Source: Octopus vulgaris (Eukaryota). Taken from it: a stretch of DNA of 64,000 nt. The stretch spans positions 14,136,001 to 14,200,000 of the forward strand of contig OX597816.1 in NCBI GenBank assembly GCA_951406725.2, written 5' to 3'. The first letter of the stretch is position 1. Each line of letters opens with the position of its first letter. The notes under the pieces were generated by a model. That model made no database searches and had not been told where the DNA came from. It worked only from the letters and a program-made list of their open reading frames with translations. The translations under genes and the position numbers were made by a program. This document shows, piece by piece, positions 53,386 to 64,000 of this stretch.

Positions 53386-54095
53386 ATTAATTCGTTTATT
53401 GGCCACAAGGGCTGAAAAAAAAACAATTAAAAACATATAGGGACAAAACAGGTCGAAAGGTTACAAAGGGTTTTGTCCGTTTGAAAAAAATCCGTGTAAA
53501 AAATCAGTATAACAACGAAAATATGTAACAATTAAAACTCCCAATAGGGGGAAGTGCTTCGAAAGGTTGCTCGTGGAAAACCCCATAGAAGCCACGGGAG
53601 CCTGGTCAAAAGGTGGGTAGAGAGCCCCTTTCTCCTTGTATATTTCCTTTTAATTCTCACAGGTGTATCCTCAGAATTGGTCAGTTCATACTGGCCATTC
53701 AACGACGTTCACCCACCTTTCAATAAACTTGCTACCAGACAGCACTTCCCTCACTACTTGACCCAGTGGTTAGGGCAGGGGACTCGCGGTCGTAGGATCG
53801 CGGTTTCGATTCCCAGACCGGGCATTGTGAGTGTTTATTGAGTAAAAACACTTAAAGCTCCACGATGCTCCGGCACAACTTTCACTCCTTTTCAGGTGAA
53901 ACTAGAAAAAGTTGATGAGGCCTTGGCCAAAGAGGAAAGTGTCTGACCTTAGCCCTTTCAAACGGGTCCACTATATCACTTCTTTCGCTACAGCCACTAG
54001 GCAAAGGAAAACTGCCTTGCCCTCCCGGTTAAAGGAGGTCGGCGGGGCAATCTTCACTATGGATTCAGCTGATAGCCGGATCTTCCTATACGCGA
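53386..54095 (-). mobile_element. Tx1/L1-like LINE 3' end interrupted by a family D SINE
   Basis: FLCLVAVAKEVI*WTRLKG...FIERWV, typical of the Tx1/L1 ORF2 C-terminus, then a 3' UTR ending CAGCCCTTGTGGCCAATAAACGAA. Confidence 0.65.
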
Positions 54096-54549
54096 CGAGT
54101 TCAAATTCCACCGAGGTCGACTTTGCCTTTCATCCTTTCGGGGTCGATTAAATAAGTACCAGTAAATCACTGGGATCGATATAATCGACTTAATCCCCTT
54201 GTCTGTCCTTGTTTGTCCCCTCTATGTTTAGCCCCCTGTGGGCAATAAATAAATAAATAATAATAATCCGAGAAGTAGGTGCAAGTTGCAGAAATGTGAA
54301 CAGCAGTAGTAGCAGCAGTAGAGGAATACATAACAACACAGGCAGCAGTAGAAATATATATATGAGCAGTAGAGAAGCAGCAGTAGAAATATATATATGA
54401 GCAGTAGAGAAGCAGCAGTAGAAATATTAGCAGCAGTGGAATATAAGCAGTAGTAGTATAAGTTTAAAATAGAAACGGCTGATAATAGCAGCAGGAGCGG
54501 GCGGCAATGGCGGTGTTGCTGGTAGTGGTTGGAGTAGTACTAATAATAG

Positions 54550-54604
<55 letters not shown>

Positions 54605-55375
54605 TGTGTAGTAGTAGTGGTAGCAGCAGCAGCAGGAATAGCCCCTCTGACCGCAATACATTTTAGAAACCTGCTGCCTTTGCCTGCTGCTGCTGGTCTT
54701 TTTCTTGTTATTGTTGTTGTTTGTTTTCCTGAAATATGTAAAAATCTATGCGTTAGCGACATCAGTTCCACATGACATCTTTGAATGGTGATTACTTTAA
54801 TAATAATAATAAATAACAATAATTGTGTAATAAAATAATAATAATAACATTATTATTTATTATTATAAATAAATAACATTTCATAACAAACAATGATGAA
54901 TAACAATAATTATTTAATATTAATTAATAAAATTTATGCACCCACTTTTACCTTTCTCATTTCCCCCCCACCTCGTAAATTCTTAAAGTTTGTCTCCTAT
55001 TTTGGGGACCTTTTTTGGTTCATTCCTATCTATGGAAGGAGTCTCACACACACACACTCCCTCTCTCTCTCTTTCTCTCTTTCACTCCTTCCTCTCTTCC
55101 TCTCTCACTCCTCTTTCTCTCCCTCTTTCTATTTCTCGAAGTAGGATTTTATATATCTCGAGTTATTTTCCTTCCTTTAATACACCGCCGCCGCCGCCTC
55201 CTCCACTTCCTATATTCACGGCATCATATGCCCTTCCTTTCACTATCTCCACTTTCACCGCCGCCATCATTCCCTACCACTATCGCATTTACTGCTCCTC
55301 TAAGTGGTCGCCCAACCTGCTAGAAATGACAGCCAAATCTCCCTCAAATAAAAACACCTTAACATAAATAATAGA

Positions 55376-55774
55376 AGCTGTGTCTTATGAAGTTGTCACC
55401 CATAATTATGACCCTAGTATCGATCTATTGCATTTCAATCTGTTTTAGGGTTAGGGTTAGGGTTAGTTAGGGTTAGGAGTGGGGGGAAGGGTATATTTTT
55501 TCTTCACAAATGTAAATAAACCCAATCTGTTTCTTAAACGAGGGACATATTCATACGGTACAGAATGTTGTTTACCTCAATAGACGTCATTGATTGGTTG
55601 AAATCGCAGAAATTGAAGAAAACAACAACAAATATCTTACAAACCATACAATTTTCTCAATAAAGCCAAGAGAAAAGATGTCTTATAAACACATTCTACC
55701 ATTATACGAAGTTTAAAATTTTTTAGTTACCTAGAAATTATGTTAAAAAACTGCCGGTCAAACCGAAAAGATCC
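55376..55774. mobile_element. Second copy of the TTAGGG-bearing MITE (left end lost)
   Basis: Collinear with about 36335-36743; right end AAACCGAAAAGATCC. Confidence 0.85.
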
Positions 55775-56473
55775 TAGACTACAATATATATTTACCAAAA
55801 GACAAGATGGCCACGGTTGGAAAGTCTTTGATGACGTAAGACTGCTTGATCTGAATGACCTGGAGCTAAATAACAAGACCAGTAATAAAGCATACCAGTG
55901 ATGTAGGAAGTCCCCTCCACATTGTAACAGGGTGGTTAAGATGTTTCACTTCACAACAACGGGATTTCGAGTTCGATTCCGAGACTAAAAGCTTTGTGAG
56001 TGAAACTTGCTATCGGGGAAACTGTAAGGAATCCCGTTGATAAGGCTATCTACTGCCACATGCAGCGTCGTCTTGACGCCTATGCGCAATGGACAGTTGT
56101 CTGGGGGCCCTCAATGGGTTGAGGGAACCAAGGTCCAAATGCATTGATTTTCCCGGTGGGGAAAGTGGGGACAGTAGCGTTGCTAAGACTGCCTTGGCTC
56201 TTGTGTGTGTGTGGAGGGGTAAGCTAGTGGCGGAGCTCGAGAGTGTATTGTCGGGGGGAAGCCCTTGAGCTCCGCTCCTGGACCACATGCCTATACAAGC
56301 TTAAAACATCTGACCCCAAAGTGCCGCCTTCTATAAAATTCCCCTCACCCTCACCCAGGCTACGTTACTACTGTGGAGAATGTTTTTAGGTGATGCAGAT
56401 GTGGTCATTCGTATGATATTCGGATATCATACGAATGATATCCATTCGTATGATATCCTTTCGGATATCATAC

Positions 56474-56667
56474 GGATCTTTACCTTTTGACCGACAGATT
56501 TAAAAAATAATTTTTTGTAACTAAACACTTTCAAACTTCGGACACTGGTAGAATGTGTCACATAAAAAAATATCTTCTACTCTTAGCGTTTTGAGAAAAG
56601 CTTATTATGTTTATGAAGTTATTTCACGTTAAAGTTGTCGTATTTCGGTAATTTCAATCAATCAAGG
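56474..56667. mobile_element. Diverged, inverted end of a related GGATC-terminal MITE
   Basis: GGATCTTTACCTTTTGACCGACAG...GTAACTAAA...AAACTTCG...TGGTAGAATGTGT aligns to the reverse complement of about 55590-55774. Confidence 0.65.
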
Positions 56668-56974
56668 CTTACCAACACAAATGGGTAAATTTTCATATTA
56701 ACAGCCACACGATTTTCGCTAAGACAAAAAAATCGGATTTTTTGCGTGGAATCAAGCACCCTGACTACCTAATATGCTGCAAATCCCTTATTTTGGTTCG
56801 GTAAAAGTGGGGGGAGGGGATATGTTTAATAACGAACCCTGTAATTCAGACTCTGGAAAATTTATTTCTGAAAATTGTTTTTTTTTTCTTAAACACGCAA
56901 GATATATATTTCTTTATTACACACAAGGGGCTAAACATAGAGGGGACAAACAAGGACAGACATAGGTATTAAGT

Positions 56975-59228
56975 GGCGCAATAGTGTTAAGGACTCGAGA
57001 TCCTACTCTTCCTTTAGTTCTGTCGGCTCTGACCACAGAATTGTATCAGCTACCGTTAAGCTTAGTCTTCGCTCATCCAAAAAAACTAAGCCTCACCCGA
57101 TCAAAATGATCGACTGGGAGGAAGTCTTATCTAACCCCGATATGTCCAAACAATTTACTATTGAGGTCTATAACAAATTTCAATCTCTGTCTACTTCTGA
57201 AATAGATGCTGAGAACATTGAGGAAGTATACAGCAGCCTCATCAAATCAACAGAGGAAGTTGCACTGGCTACTCTTCCCAAAAGGAAGAGTAGGGGCCAG
57301 AGCAAACCTTCTAATTCCCCAAATGTCATCGAAGCCAGAAACCATCTAAAGTCTATATCACTAGCTTACCACCGTTCTCCATCCCAGTCACTGAAGATCC
57401 AACTCATAGCTGCCAGGAAGAATCTTGATGAGGCTTACTTGAACGCCGAGGTCGAATTTATCAATGGCAAAATTAGTAAACTATCGAAAGAGCACATTAG
57501 TAAAAAACACCATCTCGCCTGGAAATCCATCAAAGACCCATCAGGCAAAAATTCTGGGTCATCAATTAGAATTAAAGGGGGATCAGCTAAGAAGCGTTTA
57601 GAAAATTGGTCAACCGATTTTAAAAACCTCCTTGGGAAGAATGCCAAAATCCCTGATAACCCCACTCTCCCAAGTGTGCCTATATCAGACACGCTGGACA
57701 TCAACACCTCCCCTTTTACCATATTTGAACTAACAGCAGCCACCAAGCAACTAAAAGCCTCGAAAGCATTTGGTCCCGACAACATTCCGGCTGTGATTTG
57801 GAAGGATGATAGATTTCACACACTTTTGCTTAACCTCTGCAACCACACACTTTCCACCTTTGTCGCTCCAAAGATTTGGCACCAGTCTCAAATCATTCCA
57901 ATACCCAAAAAAGGCGATTTGTCCCTCGTCACCAACTACAGGGGCATATCTCTAATGTCAATTGCTGCAAAACTGTACAACAAACTGATCCTAAATCGTC
58001 TTGTCCTTTTTGTTGAACCTTTGCTCCGAAAGAACCAAAATGGATTCAGACATGGGCGCTCAACGCTGAGCCAGATACTATGCCTGCGCAGACTTATTGA
58101 AGAATCAAAAGCATTTAATCGCGATCTTGCAATGGTATTTGTAGACTTTTCTAAAGCGTTCGATTCTGTAGATAGGTGCAAGATGTTTGAAATCCTTAAG
58201 CTCTATGGGATACCAGACAAAATTATTTCTGCCATCAAGGTCCTCTACACAGATACGTCTTCAACCATCTTAACCCCTGATGGAGAAACATCATCTTTCT
58301 CGATCGAGGCCGGAATACTGCAGGGAGACACACTCGCCCCATTTCTTTTCATCATTGTTGTTGATTATGTGCTACGTATGTCAGTTGATACCATCTCTGG
58401 CAAGGGCTTTGAAATAAAACCAAGAAGAAGTTCCAGACACCCAGCTGAGTACTTGACAGACACTGACTTTGCTGACGACATCGCTCTTATCAGTGATTCT
58501 CTCTCCAATGCCCAGTCTCTTTTACAATCTCTTGAACAAGCCTCAAATTGTGTAGGTCTTTACCTTAATGAGACCAAAACTGAATACATAAACAAGTGCC
58601 TGTCCAACAGTGATTGCATCATCCACACTCTCAACAGTGCACCTTTAAATATGGTTTCTGATTATAAATATCTTGGGTCATACATATCATCATCTGGAAA
58701 AGACTTTCTAACTAGAAAGGGTATGGCCTGGTCAGCCTGTAATGACATGCATAAGATCTGGTCATCAAATCTAAGTAGAGACTTCAAACTTGAAATATTC
58801 AAAGCCACAGTCGAACCAATCCTACTATATGGCTCAGAAACCTGGACGTTATCAAAGAAGCTTGAGAGGCGGTTGGATGGAACCTACACTCGCCTCCTTA
58901 TGAGAGCTCAAAATCTCTCGTGGAGGCGCCATCCAACTAAAATGCAAATATATGGGAAATTACCACCTGTGTCATCTCTTGTGAAGGGTAGGAGAGTCCA
59001 GTTTGCTGGACATTGTTGTAGAGCTGAAAAAGAAGTAATTTCTACTCTTCTCCTCTGGAAGCCATCTACTCGCAACACCAGAGGGCGCACACTCTCCTAC
59101 CCTGATGTAATCTCCAGGGATACAGGCATCCAGCAACAGGACCTCCGTAATGCTATGATGGACCGTGAAGTCTGGCGCAACATGGTAAATTCCATTGTCT
59201 CGACCACGGTCGAACAATGATGATGATG
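56975..59228 (+). mobile_element. Young 5'-truncated RTE-clade LINE inserted in a family A SINE
   Basis: 7-bp TSD ATTAAGT (56968-56974 and 59229-59235), (TGA)n tail, SINE halves at 56908-56974 and 59229-59335. Confidence 0.95.
57106..59220 (+). CDS. Non-LTR reverse transcriptase ORF (RTE-like), uninterrupted 704 aa
   Basis: NYRGISL, QNGFR, FVDFSKAFDSV, GILQGDTLAPFLF, DFADD, YLGS, LLYGSETW; frame stays open upstream to 56974 and includes the APE C-terminal GSDHR motif. Confidence 0.93.
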   Translation: MIDWEEVLSNPDMSKQFTIEVYNKFQSLSTSEIDAENIEEVYSSLIKSTEEVALATLPKRKSRGQSKPSNSPNVIEARNHLKSISLAYHRSPSQSLKIQLIAARKNLDEAYLNAEVEFINGKISKLSKEHISKKHHLAWKSIKDPSGKNSGSSIRIKGGSAKKRLENWSTDFKNLLGKNAKIPDNPTLPSVPISDTLDINTSPFTIFELTAATKQLKASKAFGPDNIPAVIWKDDRFHTLLLNLCNHTLSTFVAPKIWHQSQIIPIPKKGDLSLVTNYRGISLMSIAAKLYNKLILNRLVLFVEPLLRKNQNGFRHGRSTLSQILCLRRLIEESKAFNRDLAMVFVDFSKAFDSVDRCKMFEILKLYGIPDKIISAIKVLYTDTSSTILTPDGETSSFSIEAGILQGDTLAPFLFIIVVDYVLRMSVDTISGKGFEIKPRRSSRHPAEYLTDTDFADDIALISDSLSNAQSLLQSLEQASNCVGLYLNETKTEYINKCLSNSDCIIHTLNSAPLNMVSDYKYLGSYISSSGKDFLTRKGMAWSACNDMHKIWSSNLSRDFKLEIFKATVEPILLYGSETWTLSKKLERRLDGTYTRLLMRAQNLSWRRHPTKMQIYGKLPPVSSLVKGRRVQFAGHCCRAEKEVISTLLLWKPSTRNTRGRTLSYPDVISRDTGIQQQDLRNAMMDREVWRNMVNSIVSTTVEQ

Positions 59229-59442
59229 ATTAAGTCGATTACATCGACCCCAGTGCGTAACTGGTACTTAATTTATCGACCCCAAAAGGATGAAAGGCAA
59301 AGTCGACCTCGCCGGAATTTGAACTCAGAACGTGACGAGTCTATAAATTTAAGAGGTTTTTGAAAGATACTGTGTATTATCATCAGAATATATATATACT
59401 TTCTCACACAACAATTAAGATATATTTATTTTAAAATGTTCA

Positions 59443-59514
<72 letters not shown>

Positions 59515-59734
59515 CTCTCCGCCCACACACACACACAAAATTAGTTTGAGCGCGATTTTTATTTTAATTTTATTTTCCTTAATGAAAATCGTGCAAGTGA
59601 AAAGATCAATGGAAGGGGGTGCAATTTCCGAGGTTTCTTCCTCATCCCACCCCCTAATTCGGACCCCCCCCCAAAAGGGGTGGGGGTTAATGAAAATCGT
59701 GCGGGTGTTAATATAAAAATTTACCCACGATCGG

Positions 59735-60230
59735 TGGAGACGTAGTTTTGTGGTAAGAATCTTGCTTCCCAACCGCATGGAGTTCAGTCCGACTGCGTGG
59801 CACCTTGGGCAAGTGAATTCTACTATGGCCTTGGAGCGACCAAATCCTTGTGAATGGATTTGTTAGACGGAAACTGAAAGAAGTCCGTCGTGTACACACA
59901 CACACACACACGTCTGTGCGTATGTATATATGTGTGTGTGTATGTATGTATGTATGTATGTATGTATGTATGCATGTATTATGCATGCATGTATGTATTA
60001 ATTGTGTTTGTGTTTGTGTCTGTGTGTCTTTGTTCCAGTTTTCTCCCACACCACCGCTTGACAACCGGTATTGGTGTGTTTACGCCCCCGTAACGTAGCG
60101 GTTCGGCAACAGAGACCGATAGAATAAGTATCAGGCTTTAAAAACAAATTACTAGGGGTCGATTCATTTGACTGAAAAATCTTCAAGGTGGTGCTCCAGC
60201 ATGGCCACGGTCTAATTAATGACGGGAACC
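59735..60230 (+). mobile_element. SINE family B
   Basis: Head, expanded internal microsatellite and tail. Confidence 0.85.
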
Positions 60231-60968
60231 AAAAAAAAAAAGCTAGAAAAATAAAAATTCTGGAATCTGAAGTTACCGTCTTATTGGTCAATTAGTCTGG
60301 CAATCATTCCGAGCAAATGTTTCGTGCACGCTATAATTTATAGCTTTATCTACTTCGAGTTCTACTGTTAAAAGTAATTTACTTCGAGTATCAGTTATTC
60401 GAATATTTGATGTCCAACCGGAATATTGAATATCTTGGTTCTTCTGTTTTGATGTTATTCTGTTATCCATTCTTTCCTCTGCATCCAACGATGGTTATCT
60501 TCATTTCAGTCTATCGGATAATTGATGAAATAAATCACACGAAACAGAACCGCTTCTGCAACCGAAAACTGTCTGTAATAATAATATAAATTAATGAAAT
60601 TAGTTTTTACCATATAAGTTTCTTTATTGGCCACACAGGGCTGCACACAGACGGGACAAGTTACAAGGTAGAGCTTTTCTTTTGGGGGATGAAAAAAACA
60701 AAAAACAAAAGAAACAAAAAAAGAAATAAAGGGGTGGCGTAGGTTTTCGATCAAGAGGGATCGTAAAAGGAAATAAAAGAACAAAAAAAAAAATTAAATA
60801 AAAAAAATTAAAATAAAAAAAGAAAAGGAAAAGGAACAAAAGAAAAGAGAAATGAAAAAAGAAGAAAAAGGGGGAAAAAGGGGAAGAGGAAAAAAAACGA
60901 TCAATAGGGATCGTGTTGGTAGATAGATGGATAGACAGATAAATACTTACCAATATTTAGTAACGTTG

Positions 60969-61364
60969 AGGCACGAGTTGGTGAAATCGTTAGCAAGCTG
61001 GGCAATATGCTTAGCGGCATTTCGACCTCCTTTACGTTCTGAGTTCAAATTCTGCTGAGGTCGACTTTGCTTTTCATCCTTTCGAGGTCGATAGATTAAG
61101 TACCAGTTACGCACTGGGTCGATATAATCGACTTAATCCGTTTGTCTGTCCTTGTTTGTCCACTCTGTGTTTAGACCCTTGTGGGTAGTAAAGAAATAGG
61201 TATTTCGTCTGCCGTTACGTTCTGAGTTCAAATTCCGCCGAGGTCGACTTTGCTTTTCATCCTTTCGAGATCGATAAAATAAGTACCAGTTGGGCACTGG
61301 GGGGTCGATATAATTGACTACTCTCCTTCTCCCGAACTTTCTGGCCTTGTTCCAAAATTTGAAA
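60969..61364 (+). mobile_element. SINE family A dimer
   Basis: Internal junction AAAGAAATAGGTATTTCGTCT at about 61190-61210. Confidence 0.88.
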
Positions 61365-61368
61365 TTTA

Positions 61369-61857
61369 CAGGTTTGGCCAAAAGTCACCCGACAGTAAAT
61401 CAAAATTTTGTAAATACTTAATATTCAATTCTATTTATTCATTCAAATTATTAATGTTTCATAAATGAATGTTTATTTCTTTACTGCCCACAAGGGGCTA
61501 AACAGAGATGGGACAAACAAGGACAGACAAACGGATTAAGTCGTTTACATCGACTCCAGTGTGTAACTGGCACTTAATTAATCGACCCCGAAAGGATGAA
61601 AGGCAAAGTCGACCTCGGCGGAATTTGAACTCAGAACGTAACGGCAGACGAAATACGGCTATGCATTTCGCCCGGCGTGCTAACGTTTCTGTCAGCTCGC
61701 CACCTTCATCATAATTGAATGCTGTGAGTTAAAATCACCATTTCCCCCACCAAAAAAAATCTATTTGTTAACGATGTCTCAGGTAAAATAATTTTTTGCT
61801 TTAATCTTGGAATTAAATTGTTTTGCTTTACTGTCAGGTGACTTTTAGCCAACTCTG
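61369..61857. mobile_element. Tc1/mariner-type MITE containing a nested family A SINE (61474-61704, minus)
   Basis: TIRs of about 37 bp, CAGGTTTGGCCAAAAGTCACCCGACAGTAAATCAAAA and TTTTGCTTTACTGTCAGGTGACTTTTAGCCAACTCTG; nested SINE has TSD TCATAA(A/T)TGAATG. Confidence 0.85.
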
Positions 61858-62624
61858 CATATTTAGAACAACTTTTCATATAGGATTCGGGGTGACTTTT
61901 AGAGAAAAAAATAAGTGCGTCTGATAAGCCAGCAAATACGATAAAACCAAACTTAATTTTTCCTTTTATCTTTCAAAGTTTGATCAAATATATAACCAGT
62001 AATTATTGACTAACAATCCTCCCCGATAAATCTGTGATTCTCTGCCAATGTATGAAATCAATATGCAAGAAATATATGCATAATTATACGCCCCCGCTCA
62101 CACACATTTATGTATGTACATAGGCGTGCTAATGTGCGCGTGTGTGTTTGTATGTGTGTGCTGACCTTCCTGGTAAGTATGTATGTGTGTATACATTCTT
62201 ACACTTTCTTGGCAAATTCTACATTCCCATCATAAATAACGTGTATCCACCTATCACTAAACAGATTGAGTCACTGACGGATAACACGTCTAAATTATAA
62301 TTGATATATAATACTGAGGAATTTGATCTGTTCATTTGATTATATGTCAAACGATCGTAAGATGTTACTTCAGTTTGGTAGATTAATGAACAATACATAT
62401 TCAAGAAATGATTGCAACGAGAAATCTTATATAACATATGTGTCTCCATGCATTTCTTAGAAATCGTTCGGCTTTCTATAATTTCCGGTCAGATTTTATG
62501 TCGATAACACATTAACGCCTTCTTTATTACACGACTGTTGTATCATGAAAGCTAGAGCTTCTCTTCAGTGCAATAAATTATATCATCACTTTGCCAGTCG
62601 CTTTAAGTATCAACAATGGAAACT

Positions 62625-62761
62625 TCAGTTCTATATTTAAGAGATGAGGAATTATGTACATTATTTACATTATTTACATCATTTACATTTGACGGATATT
62701 TGTTCTCATCTTGTTTGTTGTTAACACAACGTTTCGGCTGATATACCCTCCAGCCTTCATC
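62625..62761 (-). mobile_element. Penelope-like terminal cassette with 5'-clipped hammerhead motif
   Basis: 62725-62761 on minus reads GATGA-A-GGCTG-GAGGGTATAT-CAGCC-GAAAC-GTT-GTG; partial sister copy at 50353-50400. Confidence 0.65.
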
Positions 62762-63604
62762 TATATATGTAATACAAAAATGTGATGAGTACGCAAAACA
62801 TCCAGACAGACGATACAAGGAAAACAAGGACGAGTCATTCGGAGTTTTCTTTCCTCAGTCGAGTTTCAGATTATCTTTGCAATTTCGGCTGGTATACTCG
62901 AGATTGCTCCAATCTGGCCAGCCCCAAGGAAAAACTAAGCTATGAGCACTGGATTCCTTAGAAGAAAGTATCGAATGTATACGAAAACAAGGATGGAAAT
63001 AAAACGGAGAAAAGTTACACAAATACAAATAACAGGACAGTAACAACGGTTGAATTTCGACTAAGGACGAATTAAATCAAGCTGGCGTGTGTGGAAAATA
63101 AAACTTTACGGCAGGGATTCTCTTAGTTTCCGTCTACCAAATCCACTCACAAAGCTTTGGTCAGCCCGAAGCTATAGTAGAATGCACTTGCCCAAGGTGC
63201 CACGCAGTGGGACTGAACCCGGAACCATGTGGTTGGGAAGCTAGCTTCTTATCACAGTCACACGAAATTTCTTCCGACTTTATGTTTCACCTTTTCAAAG
63301 CCGTAAAAATGAGTACAAGACGATCACTGGGGGTGATGTAATCGTTTGAACCCCCACCCCGCTCCACTATCAACAAAATGTCAGGCCTTGTGCCTAAAGG
63401 GAAAATAATTATCGCGATTAGATAAATCAGTTAAGACCGAAGAACTGTTTGTTCTTCTCCATCTTGAAGAACGACAGGACTTTTCTTTTCCAATCTAACA
63501 GAGACATAGAAGCAGACGCGTAGACAGATAGCAATACATATATATCTTGTAAGTGACTGTGTATGTTGTATGTGTGCTGTGTGTATGCGTGTGTTATATA
63601 ATTC

Positions 63605-64000
63605 ATTCTTCTATAGGCACAAGGCCTGAAATTTGTGGGTAGGGGACTAGTCGATGACATCAACCCCAATGTTTCACTGGTACTTAATTTATTGATCCCG
63701 AAAGGAGGAACGGCAAAGGCGACCTCGGCGTAATTTGAACTCAGAACGTAGCGACGGACGAAATACCTATTTCTTTACTACCCACAAGGGGCTAAACACA
63801 GAGAGGACAAACAAGGACAGAGGAACCGATTAAGTCGATTACATGGACCCCAGTGCGTAACTGGTACTTAATTTATTGATCCCGAAAGGAGGAACGGCAA
63901 AGTCGACCTCGGCGGAATTTGAACTCAGAACGCAGCGACGGGCGAAATACCTATTTCTTTACTACCCACAAGGGGCTAAACACAGAGGGGACAAACAAGG
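63605..64000 (-). mobile_element. SINE family A multimer running off the window end
   Basis: Two internal junctions GAAATACCTATTTCTTTACTACCC. Confidence 0.88.

Noticed and set aside
54427-54819. Poly-L/poly-T ORFs on the minus strand
   Set aside because: Driven by (TAG)n/(CAG)n repeats; no coding evidence

Overview
AT-rich animal genomic DNA, almost entirely non-coding and saturated with microsatellites and transposable elements. The repeat content looks like an Octopus/coleoid cephalopod genome (inference from recognised repeat types, not a database result). Most entries in the ORF track are translated microsatellites. The window holds four abundant tRNA-derived SINE families (called A-D here), one young 5'-truncated RTE LINE with an intact 704-aa RT ORF inserted into a SINE, R4/Dong-like restriction-endonuclease LINE ends sitting in (TAA)n, and Tx1/L1, CR1 and Penelope remnants. 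It also holds Tc1/mariner relics, MITEs (one carrying TTAGGG repeats), a non-autonomous Helitron and a 100-N gap. One convincing host exon, missed by the ORF track, encodes a complete thyroglobulin type-1 domain (31840-32030, +). The most interesting signals are about ten minimal hammerhead-ribozyme-like cassettes mostly docked at (TA)n tracts, a SINE that retroposes as a dimer/trimer and shares its 3' tail with a Tx1-like LINE, and a non-coding retroposon targeted to (TAA)n. Boundaries of decayed elements are approximate.
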